Source: Octopus vulgaris
Taxonomy: Eukaryota
Direction: 5' to 3'
Length of the DNA: 64,000 nucleotides
Assembly (NCBI GenBank): GCA_951406725.2
Contig: OX597815.1
Span: forward strand, 46,624,001 to 46,688,000
Position 1 is the first letter of the stretch, and the number at the start of each line of letters is the position of its first letter. Position numbers and translations under genes: made by a program. The notes below the pieces were generated by a model, which saw only the letters and a list, made by a program, of their open reading frames with translations, did no database searches and was not told the origin of the DNA. Below, piece by piece: positions 41,911-54,527 of this stretch.

Positions 41911-43628
41911 GGTAATAGTCTCTTGTCATGGATCTCTAAGCAATCTGTGGGCTCTGAGCACAAACCATGTATACACACATACGTGTATTTTACTGTTGGT
42001 TTGCTTACATCCCCGCAATTCAGCGGTTCGGTAAAAAGATTCGACAGAATAAGTACTGAGGTCGATGTCTTCGATTAAACTACTCTAAGACGCAGTCCAA
42101 AGATTGAAACAAGTGGAAGATAGATATCAATTGAGAAGATCCCGTTTCATCATGGGTTTACTAATGGAACTAACCAAAGGCTAAGCAACAGTGATAAAGG
42201 CCAATCGTCAATATCCGGCTGCCAAACAGCCAGACAGCAGTTTAATCCTACCTTCTACATCATTCCCAGCTGTTTTGACTAATCTTCGTAATTATCTTAT
42301 CGATCCCAGAAAAGTTGACCCGAGTGGAATTTGAACTCGAGACGTAACCGAATATCATAAACTATTTTGTGTGATGCTCTACAGATCCTGTCATTCACCC
42401 AGCCCATATATGGAAAGTTTTTTCATTTTTTTTTTATTATATTGTTACCGCTTGCTCTCTGGTTTTTCCTCTAAGAATCCTTTCCAGTTTGTATAGTGAT
42501 TCCGTATTACTATACTGTGTATGAGCGCACACATGCATGCATGCGTGCGTACATACATACATATTCTTATAAAACGGCCACTTGTTTCGAGCAAGGCGAA
42601 TGTTTGCTCAGCATCAATCAGGAAACTGAAACAGCTACAGAGATGCAGTTCACAACATACACACACATGTGAGTGTGTGTGTGTCGGGGTGGGGGCAATC
42701 TTTCGGTATTAATAAATAACGTCATTCACCTAGCCTCTTTATATCATGAGGTAAAGTTGTGTCAATAAATGACGTCGTCTACTAATACCGAAATGTGTGC
42801 GTGTGTCCCAGATGAACCATGAATCTATATCACGGCAAGAAACTCAAAAGAGGCCAGGAGTGTTAAACTCTCTCCTTCATCAAAAGCCAATCGCATAAAA
42901 AAAATGGCCATTGAAAAGGGGATTACGCTGAAACATCCACTGTAACATGGGGGTCGAAGTAATCGACTACCTCCTTCCCCCCCCAAAAAAAAATTTCAGG
43001 CCTTGTGTCTAAAATAAAAATGATTATTAGGCGGGTTGGCAGAATCATTAGCACGCCGGGCGAAATGCTTTGCTTTTCGTCCTTTCAAGGTCGACAAATT
43101 AAATAGCAGTTGAGCACTGAGGTCTATGTAATTGACTCATCTCCGCCCCTACTCTAAATTGCTGCCCTTGTGGCAAAATCTGAAACCAAGGTCGACTTTG
43201 ACTTTCATCGTTTCGGAGTCGATAAGTACCAGTGAAACACTAGTCCCCTCCCCTAAAATTTTAAGCCTTGTGCCTTTACTAGAAAAGATTATTATTATTA
43301 TAGTGATTGTGTAGTGACTACATGATTGTGTGTGTGGTCGAGATATCGACTGAATGTATGTGTAAATCTAACAGAATGAGTATGTTTGTGCGTATTTCTG
43401 TATGAGCTGTGTGCTTTAATCTCTTAAAAAAACAAAATTTAGTTTTATAATACAGAAATCCTAAGCAACACCAGGATAAAAAATACTTCCTTTCAAAACC
43501 ACAACCATATACAAATACTAATGCATTTAACAGGCTGTTTATATATAAGATAGTTTAGTTTCAATCCAATAGAACAGACAGACGATCTAAGATCAAATGA
43601 ACATGTGCAACGCAGATTATATAAAGAA

Positions 43629-44017
43629 CTAGCAGTATCGCCCGGCGTTGCTCGGGTTTGTAAGGGAAATAACTATAAAGCATTTTTAGAGAGTTATAGC
43701 CAAAAAATAGCAAAAAAATGGGGGAAAAAAGATGGTAAATTTTTTTTGATAGTTAAAAAGGTCGAGTTGCGTCCCCTAGACCATGTGTGGTTTGTGTTTC
43801 TGATTGTCGACCCCATGTCGAATTTATCGATCTTTTTCAGAACTGGGGGAACTTTTCAAAATTTTCGCTGCGTTAGTTTTGAATTATGACATTGGGCTAT
43901 GTGTGTGTCAAGTTTCATCAGAATCGGTTGAAAGCCGTGGTCGGGGTGAGGGTACAACCAAACAGACACACAGAAACACACACAGACAAACTGCCGTTTA
44001 TATAGAAAGAGAAGAGA
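43629..44017 (-). mobile_element. Non-autonomous Helitron
   Basis: Minus strand 5' TC after A, subterminal (TG)/(TCTG) repeat, GC-rich hairpin at 43641-43656 about 8 nt before a terminal CTAG (43629-32) followed by T. Confidence 0.75.
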
Positions 44018-45303
44018 TATACAGGCAGTGTATAGTAACATGGGATGGTCATTTCTAGAATGCCTGTGCTCATTAGTTTGTTTCGATCTGAGATGCTCTG
44101 AAGACTTAGCTACAAAACAAACCAACAAAGTTACGTCATTTGCTGGAAATAATACCTAAATCTCCCTCATCCTACACTTTGAATGTCTTTAAAAATAATA
44201 ATAAAGAGCGTGTCAGAAAAATAAATTTGACCAAGTTCTTGGTTGAGCCGTCTTTGAACTTAGGTCTGTTTCATCGGGGCTGACCTCAGATTAAACAATA
44301 AGAGCCAGTATTATCTAGCCATCAGTGATATCTAGGAGGCCCATAACTAATTTATGCACGTTGTAGAGACGCAAGCACATTCCTTTACTCGGAGTCCTAT
44401 ACTGCTGTTAAGACGGCCTTGCAAGCCATCCACTTAGAGTTATGATCAAAGGCATTCCAGCCACGACCGTTTCCGTTTTTGATTTCAGGCAACGTATTTA
44501 GAACTATTACTATCCGATGTTTCTTTAATACGGTATAGTGCAATTTAGCTGGCATTTCTGGCAGATGGGGCGACCACGTCATGGGTCCTTTATAGAGAGT
44601 CGACGAAGACAAGGTGCGCGCAGAGAGAGAGAGAGAGAGAGAGACGGAGAGAAGCGGAAAGAGGGCAGGTTGAGCGGTTGGTCGGTCGGTTACAAAAAGA
44701 CACTCATTCTTGACAGACGATAATCCCTGCAGCCAAATTGCACACCTCTTTTAATCTCCACACACACACACACACATACATATTAAGAGTCCCAGATATG
44801 ACAACAATGTGATACTTAGTGCAACAATCGAAACAAAATGGCTGGCAGAGAGTGAAAGAGAGAGAAAAGCCGATTTCACAGCATGCATAAAGCACATAGA
44901 TGTGTATATAATTAAGCAGATAATCCCCAATAAATAAAACGGGACGGCGCTAATTCATCTGCATAATACCATAAAATTAATTATTAAGCCGGTAGGTATT
45001 AAGGCAATAAGTAAACACGTATATACACACATACATACAGACTTACACAATCAACACACACAGATCTGCGCTTATAGTAACGCATACATATTAACGTTGA
45101 CTCACACGTCGCAAACATATTTTCAAAATCTCACACACACACACACACACTGGATCTTACCTGGGCACACGAACGACATAACAAAACTCTGAGACTGGGT
45201 TTTCCGAAGGACGAATGCAAAAATCGTCATCAGCGGGATTTGAACGCAGAATGCAAAGAAACCTAGATACATACCGCAAAATATTCTCTTCGCAGTCATT
45301 ATA

Positions 45304-45512
45304 CGAGGGGGTGATAAAAAGTTCCTGGCTTTAAGGGTATCGCGAAAGGCCTAGTTGGAAGCCCAACCTTCCGAGTTCTTTTACAGAGCTTAGAAAACTG
45401 AAGGGCTACTCCCATAGGTGTGTGAATCTGAGAGGGGAATATGTTGAATAAAATCATAAATTATCCTCCTGTATTTTCTTTTCCCCAAAGCCAGGAACTT
45501 TTCAGCACCCTG

Positions 45513-45514
<2 letters not shown>
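45304..45514. mobile_element. Tc1/mariner-type MITE
   Basis: TA-CGAGGGGGTGATAAAAAGTTCCTGGCTTT at the left end and AAAGCCAGGAACTTTTCAGCACCC at the right end (about 25-bp TIR). Confidence 0.7.
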
Positions 45515-45599
<85 letters not shown>

Positions 45600-45890
45600 A
45601 TGTAGCCACCAACGTGCTTTTCGGCTACATATCCGTTTCTATTTCCACTTTACCTTCTCCGGACTTTAACTATCCGACGAAGAGCAATGCCCGAAACGTT
45701 ATGCTTTTATTTTAAATTTTCAATCTAAAACTTTCACCGAGTGTCAAACTAATATATTAACTGTGTATACCCATTTGACTTCTATTGTTTTTGAATCCAC
45801 TGTTCGTCACAGATCTATCTATCTAATTTTGTTTTCTAACGTAAGAACTCTCCTACCAAAAGCGGATTTCATTTTTAAAACTTAATACAT
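45600..45890 (+). mobile_element. Decayed hammerhead-bearing (Penelope-like) remnant after a (TA)n(TG)n tract
   Basis: Short 5' fold-back ATGTAGCC/GGCTACAT (45600-45630); CCGACGA-AGAGCAATGCCC-GAAA-CG-TT at 45674-45700. Related motifs at 50618-50650 (+) and 53836-53865 (-). Confidence 0.45.
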
Positions 45891-46053
45891 ATAGGCGCTG
45901 TTATGGATGTGTAGTTAAGAATTTCGCTTTGCAACCACGTGGGTTCGGTCCCACAGCATGGCATCGTGGGCAAGTGTCTAGTATAGCAGCAAGTCAACCA
46001 ATACCTTCTGAATGAATTTGGCAGGATGAAACTATGTGGAAGCTAGTCATATC

Positions 46054-46142
<89 letters not shown>

Positions 46143-47423
46143 TGTTTTTGGCCCTACACCGCTTGACTGCCGGTGTTGGTTGATTATGTAATGCTTGGAG
46201 ACCAAATAAGTGTTTGCAGAATAGTTTTATAGTAAAAAAGCAAAGCTGGACCATGGCAAGATTTGAACTCGGAATGCAAAATGCCATTACTAAATACTGC
46301 AAGGGATTTTGGCCGACAACAAATCAAAAGAGAGTTGGATTAAATACTTATGGTTTGGAGTTACGTCTCCTTACGTCGTGAGTTCAAATTCATCTCAAGT
46401 TAACTTCACTTTTCCTGGATATATTAAGTAGCAGCGGAAACGTCTAAGTAGTCAATGTTTCTCCCAGAAATAGAACCCAAATCTCACTAAAGTCACAACC
46501 GTACCACCTTGCATTAAAGGACACGTTACTTCTGGATAGACATTTGCTACTGAATGAATAAAATAAATGAATGAAAAAAAAAAAACCCAATAAAAAACAC
46601 GTGTCTCCGCTTGAATGTTTTCTCGTAAATCTGTAAGTAATAGATAGTTGCCCAACGCGTTATAACCCTAAAAAACAAACAAGAAAAAAAAGCGCCTAAT
46701 ATGGTCGCAGTCCAATGATTGAAATGAGCAAGAAGATAAAAGAGTAACTTCAAAAGTGAAATTAGGATTGTTGCAAGGTAGACTGATATTTGTGAAGAAG
46801 AAGAAGAAAGGCGTATTATCTAGGGAGGCGTTCATAAATTTGAATATAGGAATAAAAGGCTAAAATATAAAAGGACAAAAAGAAAATTTGTGGGAACCAT
46901 TCTATGTATCCGTGAGAACCTAGGGGCAATCATCAAGTCAGGTTTTCCTTAAATCCAGCTACAATAACGACTGAGGAACAGGATACAAGGTAGTAGCTAC
47001 CAATTATGGTTTGTACATAAAGGGTGATTCAAAAGTCCATTTAACAATAACGTAAACCTGTAAACAAATGAGGGCAACTGAGGTCAGTTGAACTCATGAA
47101 CGTTCGTCTCGTCCCGATTTATTTCACTACATACTTATATTATACCTTACCATACGGCCTTCAATCACTACTCCGTACGATTTATTTAATCCTTATCATC
47201 TCTCTATCTCGCATAAGGTTGACTGCTACGGATACAGGGACCCCAGGATAGATAGCCTACTGTCCTGCCATACACAGTCAAACGCTTAGAACTCTTTGGA
47301 CAGTTGAACCAGGAGTAAGCAAGCACTGAAAATTACCGATTCAAGTTTTAGGACCCTGAGTAGTCTCACCCCACCATCTCGCTCTCTTAGACATACACAT
47401 TATTTAATGTGTTTGCGCGCGCG

Positions 47424-47481
<58 letters not shown>

Positions 47482-47550
47482 GAAGAGCAAAGTGCCGAGA
47501 TTATTGCATCCCCATTACTACAGTATCACAATGAAAGGAGAACAAACTAC

Positions 47551-47587
<37 letters not shown>

Positions 47588-47689
47588 GGGCGTGACTGAG
47601 AGCATATACACACACACACAAATTTCAAATATGCAACAGGTAGTATGTTGTTACTACCGTATCTGTTATACACCTACATGTATGCATAT

Positions 47690-48018
47690 ATTCTATCTTT
47701 TACTTGATGTGCTTCAATCGAACGAATTCACCCCAGTACTTAAAAAAAAAAACTTGGTGCGTATGCTATCATTCTCTTTTTCCGAAACGCTAAACTACGG
47801 GGACGCAAACAAACCAACACCGGTTGTCAAGCGGTGGCCACACACACACAAACACTAGCGCACATTACACAACGGCCTTCTTCACCAAATCCACTCGCAA
47901 AGGCCTTTATCAGCGCGGGTCAAATATAAATAGAAGGCAGCAGCCCAAAGTGCCACGCAGTGAAAATGAACCTGGGAACCTGGTTGGGAAGTAAAGTTAC
48001 CACACAGCCATGCCTGCG
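47690..48018 (-). mobile_element. SINE family A, degenerate
   Basis: Reverse complement of the head (CCACACAGCCATGCCTGCG) and body. Confidence 0.7.
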
Positions 48019-48029
48019 TCCATAATAAT

Positions 48030-48219
48030 AATTTTGCCACAAGGGCAGCCCTTTTAGGGGAGAGGACGCATCGATTACATGGACTTCAGTATAGAACTGG
48101 TACTTATTTTATCGACCCTAAAAGGATGAAAGGCAAAGCTAACCTCAGCGCAATGTGAACCCAGAAATACCGCTAAGCATTTCGTCTAGCGCGCTAAAGA
48201 TTCTGCTAGCTCACTGCCT
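48030..48219 (-). mobile_element. SINE family B
   Basis: Reverse complement of the family B head and body. Confidence 0.7.
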
Positions 48220-48476
48220 CCAAAATAGTAATAACAATATACGAGCGCCCTTACGCATTCTATATGCTGCAACAGGGGGGCATCGCATTCAGACATCAGC
48301 GTACACACGCGCGCGTGCGGGATGAGGATTGAAATGTACTCGTTCACCTCAAGCCCTTTGATTTCAATAGGTGTTATTAGCTACATCACTAGTCCTTTTG
48401 TGTCTGTCTTTTGTAGATAGAGGTATCAAATCATTGCAGGTGAAGACAGCAGCAACAGTGCGTGTATATATTTGTT

Positions 48477-48512
<36 letters not shown>

Positions 48513-49127
48513 GGAGGGAGGGAGGGAGAGGGAAAGGATATGAGTGCGCGCGCACATTCCAAACTAACAAAAACTTTGTAGGGGCATTCCTTATATAGGT
48601 TTTCTTCACCATTTACGTGCACACGCACACACACATATTGGTCAGAACGGATAGGGCTGTGGACAAAAAAATCCTTGTATTTAGTTACGTCCAGAGTTCT
48701 ATTGGAGTCGATTTTATCTCAACCTCCCTTTTACCTGTTCAAAGCATTTTCATAAGTATGCCTTAGATGACTCTGCTTGTGTTTCAGGCTTGCAGTTAAC
48801 CCTTGTTTTTATACGTTCTGAGTAGTATAAAGCTTTCCTTTTAATAAGACCCAAGTTATTGCGATGGTTGAAAACAACTAGAAAAGTATTCGCAGTTCTA
48901 GGTATTTTTCGAAGGGAGCGCACAAGGTCAGAAGGGAATACATTTCCAGAAGACAAAGGCGTAATAACATTATTTAGAAGGGCTCACTTGCCTCTAATTT
49001 CCTCCCTCTACATTGGGTCCACCCCCAGAAAAGTATCATATATGATGCATGGAAACCAAAGGAATAAGTATTATGCATTACACGTGAATCACACGACAGG
49101 GAAAAGGTTCCTATACAGAATGGGTTT

Positions 49128-49487
49128 GGCGTGGTTGCATGGTAAGAAACTTGCTTTCCAACCACATGGTTCCGGGTTCGGTCCTACTGCGTGAAACCTT
49201 GGACACGCGTCTTTTACTATAGCCTCAGACCGACTTGGTAGCCGGAGATTGAAAGAAACCCGTCGTGTGTGTGTGTATATAAGTGTTTCTGTATGTGTTT
49301 GTCACCCCCATCATCGCTTGACAACCGATGTTGGTGTGCTTATTTTCCCATAACTTTAACAGTTCGGCAAAGGAGGCCGATATAATAAGTAACTAGGCTT
49401 ACAAAGAATAAGTCCTGGGGTCGATTTGTTCGACTAAAACCCATCAAAGTGGTACTCCAGCATGGCTGCAGTCAAATGACTGAAACA
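49128..49487 (+). mobile_element. SINE family A
   Basis: Head, body and GCAGTCAAATGACTGAAAC end. Confidence 0.8.
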
Positions 49488-49589
49488 TTTTAAAGATTTT
49501 ATATATAAATATTTATGAAATCTTTAAAATGTTTCAGCTTTAAAGCTGTAGTCAAGCTTGGGCACCACCGTTGCGTGTGTGTATATAAA

Positions 49590-49975
49590 TTACCAGAGTA
49601 AGCACATACATGCGAAACAAGGTGGAAAAAATAGTACTAGAATACCGGAGATAGAGTAATATATATTATTAAGTATATATATTTGATACCAGGAATTAGG
49701 TGCGCTATCATACTCGCAATCCTATGATTCAAACCGGTAATACACATGCATTCTTGTTTCACTCATCTGACGAAGCAATTTAATTTAAGACCGAGTATTG
49801 AAGCAAAGAAAAAAAAAACCTAGCCGTATTGCGACGGAGTGAATCATTCTGGCCACTTAAAAAAAAAAATAGAGGTATATCTTTAGATACATTCTTTGTT
49901 TAATAAAATACTTTGTAATATATTTACATAATGCTGAGTCACATATCCCCTTTTCTTATTGTCGATTTATCTTTT
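49590..49975 (+). mobile_element. Decayed remnant with two tandem hammerhead-like motifs
   Basis: TTGATAC...stem...AAA-CCGG-TA-ATA at about 49680-49745; TCACTCAT-CTGACGA-A-GCAAT...ATTGC-GA..GAGTGA at about 49759-49842 (GAAA and stem III partly deleted). Confidence 0.4.
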
Positions 49976-50925
49976 TCTAAGAGAAAGGAATGACAGTGCT
50001 GTGTTGTGTGTGAGAGAGAGAGAGAGAAAGAGAGAGAGTGTTAGAAAGGAAGATGCTTTAGATAAATAGAGAAACGAATACTACAGTATTTTATCCGATG
50101 TTGTAACGAATAATATATGTTAATTAGTATCTGAAAAGCCAACTGTTTAGGGTTATGTTGATTAAAGTCTCACCCTTATTTTGAAGTGGCAGAATACGAT
50201 TTGAAGGAAACTTGGTTTATATTTCCAGTATGTCAATTGACCACATAGAGTCTCCTGCCACTTGTTTCAAGGGCATCCACTCTGACTGGTTTTATTCGAA
50301 CAAAATTTATTAAATAACTGCACATTAACATTAGCAGCCATCTGCTGATGTATAATTAGTGAAACAGAATTTAAGTCCGGTACTTGTTCTATTGTTATCT
50401 TTTGCCGAATTGCTAAGTTACGGTCATGTAAACAAACCAATACCGGTTATCAAGCGGTAAGGGGTTAGAAACAGAAATACACATAGATATACAATATTTT
50501 ATATATGCACACACGTATATATGCTCTCTCTCTCTTTCACACACACAAATTTTCAAAATGTAACTACATGTGGATCATTGGCGATCCTTTGTCTTGGACT
50601 TTCCTCTGTTTCCTGTTCCAGGAGAAAAGCTTTGCCCGAAACGTAATACACCCTTTCTTTCCTTCCCTTAGCGTCTGCTAATACTTTGCAAGTACCACGT
50701 CCTCACGTTGTTGTTTTTCCTTCGTTTATTTTTTAAAATTTATATGTATGGACTTTTGGACTTTACTCATAGGGTATTGGAATATTACATATATACCATT
50801 CTGTCTAAAAAATGGATTTGTAACTTCAATATCCGTACATATCTTGCATCTGTTTTCTTTCCTCCACCTCACTCTCTATTTTGTATCACATCTAAACTAA
50901 CTATGACTTAATCATACTATCACAC

Positions 50926-50979
50926 CGTCTCCGATGAAGGGATATAATTAATAAATATCCTGGAAACAGCTGTAAGACG
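50926..50979 (+). ncRNA. Type I hammerhead-like motif with CCGAUGA (U4C) core
   Basis: Stem I CGTCT/AGACG; CCGATGA 50931-37; stem II GGGATAT/ATATCCT; GAAA 50963-66; palindromic stem III CAGCTG; GUA site ending at 50974. Confidence 0.7.
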
Positions 50980-52913
50980 TTCTATCTATAAATGTTCTAA
51001 TATCTACACAGCCTTGGTTTTTTTTTATCTCATTACGCAAAAAATTCTTGTGCGTGTGTGTGTTTCGAGAGATATATATACACACACACAGGGAGAATTC
51101 ACGATAAAATAAATAAAAGACGAAGACAGGGTGTAGACAACAAACAGATGTATTAGTATACACATCTAAACCAGGTTCATGCAGTTTCCTGTTGGCCAAA
51201 TACACTCACAAAGCATAGTGATCAACCCAAGACTGGTAGAAGACACTTGCTTAAGGTTCCACGTACTAGGACTGAACCCGAAACTACCTTATTGCAAAGC
51301 GGGTTTCTTAACCACAAAGCCATGCTCGCGCCCCACCCATTTTCTTCCGGCCTTGCCAGGCAGCAGACCCCCTAAACAAGGTCCATTATAACCATGTTAT
51401 CGAGGTAAAATGGCGGTGATACATAGAAAGCGGCAAGTTTGTTGTGTTCTCAACCCCCATCTCACACCATATCATTGTTCTGTTTGCTTTCCTATTTCTC
51501 TTGTTCAGTATCTTTTGTTTTGTTTTTGTATTTATATTTGTATTTTCCCCCATCCCGAACTGTCCAAATTTGATTAGAGTTATTTGCCAATGGAAATGGA
51601 GACAAGGATTTTCTAGAACAATAAAGAAGTAAATAAAAAAAAAATGAAATAAATACACCAGACTGATGAACTCACTCACACACACACACACGTTACAAAT
51701 ATGTACACACAAATACACACAGAAACATCAATTCTACAACACATATATACATACATACACTTACAAATTATGAACAGATATATACACCCACATACAGAAC
51801 CATCAATTCTGCCAAAAAAAAACAAAAAAAAAACTATAAAACTCAAAACAAATAAATTACACAAACACACAAGTCACACATATATCCAAATGCACACATA
51901 TTTACACACACAAATATTTTACTAAGTATATATACTAAACAGACGGCTACGCGTGTATATGTGTATTTATTAATATGAATATTGCCACACTCAAATTAGT
52001 AAAAAGAGTCCCGTCTATAAATAAATAGATTTATATGTAATGTTATGTATGCATATGTAATGTATGCGGGCGTATCAGCATATCTACGTGAATATATGTA
52101 ATATATAACAGGATATGATAAAACTGACAGACACCGTATAAATAAATAAACACATACATACAAACACACACGTTTCAAACACAATCTAATTAAAATCATA
52201 TTTCTGGAACTGAAATATATTTGAGATTGTGTGTGTGTGTGTGTTAGTGTGCATTATATACACGACTTATTAGATTGAGTGTCTTCATACTCAAACCCTA
52301 CTAATTCAATTGATAATACAGAATTTGGCAGGATAGAGCGAATGCTTTAAAGCAAGCACACCACACACAACACGGCATAACAGAGACCAGCTAGAAATAG
52401 CAGTCAGTTTCCGTCAAATTACACCATACTCTAAAAACAAAACAAAAGAAAAAAAAATAATAAATAGAAGTAGAAAATGGACAATGGTGTCCTCCAGTTG
52501 GTTACGGTTAGGTGGTTTTTATCGTCTTTCCAATCAAAGCTAAAATACAATAAATTTTTGTGAAAGCAATTTTATTTTCAAACCCCCATACACCGCCAGT
52601 GAAATTCTGCATGTACAACAACATCGGCAGTAACGTCAGCAACAATTACAGTTGCTTTAATAATGACAGAGCTGGCTCATTTCGAAAATATTTTAATATC
52701 TGTACAAAGAAATCCGATGAAGTGACTATATTTCATTCGGATGCAATGCAAATCACAATGCTTCTTTATGCCCTACGCTACAGTCTGCCTTGGTCTTATT
52801 ATCCAAATATATTATGCGAGAGAAGACGCAGATGCATGCTTCCTCTTCACGCACACTCGTTAATACTCTCAATGGATGTGCTGGCTTGGAGCGTCTAGTC
52901 TCTTATTAAACAA

Positions 52914-52946
<33 letters not shown>

Positions 52947-52990
52947 GTGCAAACAGGAAAAACTAGAACTAAAAAAATAACAGCATTCTT

Positions 52991-53360
52991 TCTTTTATTC
53001 TTTTACTTGTTACGCATTTGACTGCGGCCATGCTGGAGCACTACTTTTAGTCGAACGAATCGACGCCAGGACTTACCCTTTGTTAAGCGTAGTACTTATT
53101 CTATCGTTCTCTTTTGCCGAACCGCTAGGTCACGGGACGTAAACATACTAACAGCGGTTGTCAAGTGACGGTGGGGTGGGGTGGGAGGGACAGGCAGACA
53201 CAAACACACGCACACATATGTAAACGACGGGCTTCTTTCAGTTTCCATTTGCCAAATCCATTCAAGTCTTTGGTCGGCCCGAGGCTTGCGCAAGGTGCTA
53301 CGTTGTGGGATTGAACCATGTGACTGGGAAGCATGGTTCCTATCACACAGCCACTCCTGC
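52991..53360 (-). mobile_element. SINE family A
   Basis: Full-length reverse-complement copy with CpGs largely intact. Confidence 0.85.
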
Positions 53361-53384
53361 ATATTTTTATCAATATTCACGAGA

Positions 53385-53486
53385 TGTAGCAAAGTGACTC
53401 AAGGTCCAAGAGTTTCATGCAATGGTACCCATCAAGTTTAGTAAGTGCCATCGAATGAAACTCTTGGACCTTGAGTGACTGTTACA
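53385..53486. ncRNA. Pre-miRNA-like hairpin (candidate only)
   Basis: Perfect 22-bp arms at 53397-53418 and 53455-53476; imperfect inner stem 53419-28/53445-54; 16-nt loop; bulged basal stem TGTAGCA..GTGACTC/GAGTGAC.TGTTACA. Confidence 0.35.
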
Positions 53487-53514
53487 GCTGCTAATTAATA
53501 ATAATATATATATT

Positions 53515-53785
53515 ATGCCAGCCTCGCCTGGCCCCCGTGCCGGTGGCATGTAAAAAGCACCATCCGTCCGTGGCCGTTTGCCAGCTCCGTCTGGCACCTG
53601 TGCGGGTGGCACGTAAAAAGCACCCACTACACTCACGGAGTGGTTGGCGTTAGGAAGGACATCCAGCCGTAGAAACACTGCCAGATCAGACTGGGCCTGA
53701 TGCAGCCTTCTGGCTTCACAGACCCCAGTTGAACCGTCCAACCCATGCTAGCATGGAAAGTGGACACTAAATGATGATGATGATA
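53515..53785 (+). mobile_element. Retroelement 3' end with (GAT)n tail (family D)
   Basis: Ends GTCCAACCCATGCTAGCATGGAAAGTGGACACTAAATGATGATGATG; related copies at 700-830 (-) and 53885-54125 (+). Confidence 0.65.
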
Positions 53786-54134
53786 TGTATAAGGTTGACA
53801 GTTTAAGATGGAAAAAAGATGGTGGGGGTGGCTGCATCGTTTCGGGCATGGCTCTTCATCAGAGGGAAAAAAGGTATATATCTATGTGTGTGTTTTACTG
53901 TCTCCTTTCCTGAACATTGCATGATAGCTGTAAGTGAGTGTCCCCGTCAAGCAAGCAACATTTTCATTTTCAATCTTCCAAGACATGTGTGGTCATAGAG
54001 AAATATTACCTTACATGGTAAACGGGTAAGGGTTGACAACATAAAGGGCATTTGGCTGTAAAAAAAATATCTACATCATCAAATTTCGTCCAACCCTTGT
54101 GAGCATGGAGAAGTGGATATGATGAATATATGTA

Positions 54135-54527
54135 TGTATGGTAATACACAGAAAACTATCTTGTGTATAGTCAAATCAGTAAATCCTATTACATAACTGG
54201 TACAGTAATATGCATTTATACACACACACATACATATATATATACAGACATATATGTACACACACCACACATACACACACTGCACAAACATATACACACG
54301 CACACATATACAAACATGTGTGTATGGTAATACACAGAAAACTATCTTGTGTATAGTCAAATCAGTAAATCCTATTACATAACTGGTACAGTAATATGCA
54401 TTTATACACACACACACACATATACATACACACACACATACAGATATATATATACAGACATATATGTACACACACCACACATACACACACTGCACAAACA
54501 TATACACACGCACACACATATACAAAC
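54135..54527. repeat. Local tandem duplication, period about 186 bp
   Basis: TGTATGGTAATACACAGAAAACTATCTTG.. begins at 54135 and again at 54321. The unique part is identical; the (CA)/(TA) part differs in length. Confidence 0.9.

Noticed and set aside
42575-42622. Minus-strand TTGATGC-T-GAGCAA/TTGCTC-GAAA motif
   Set aside because: No stem I and no valid NUH cleavage triplet.
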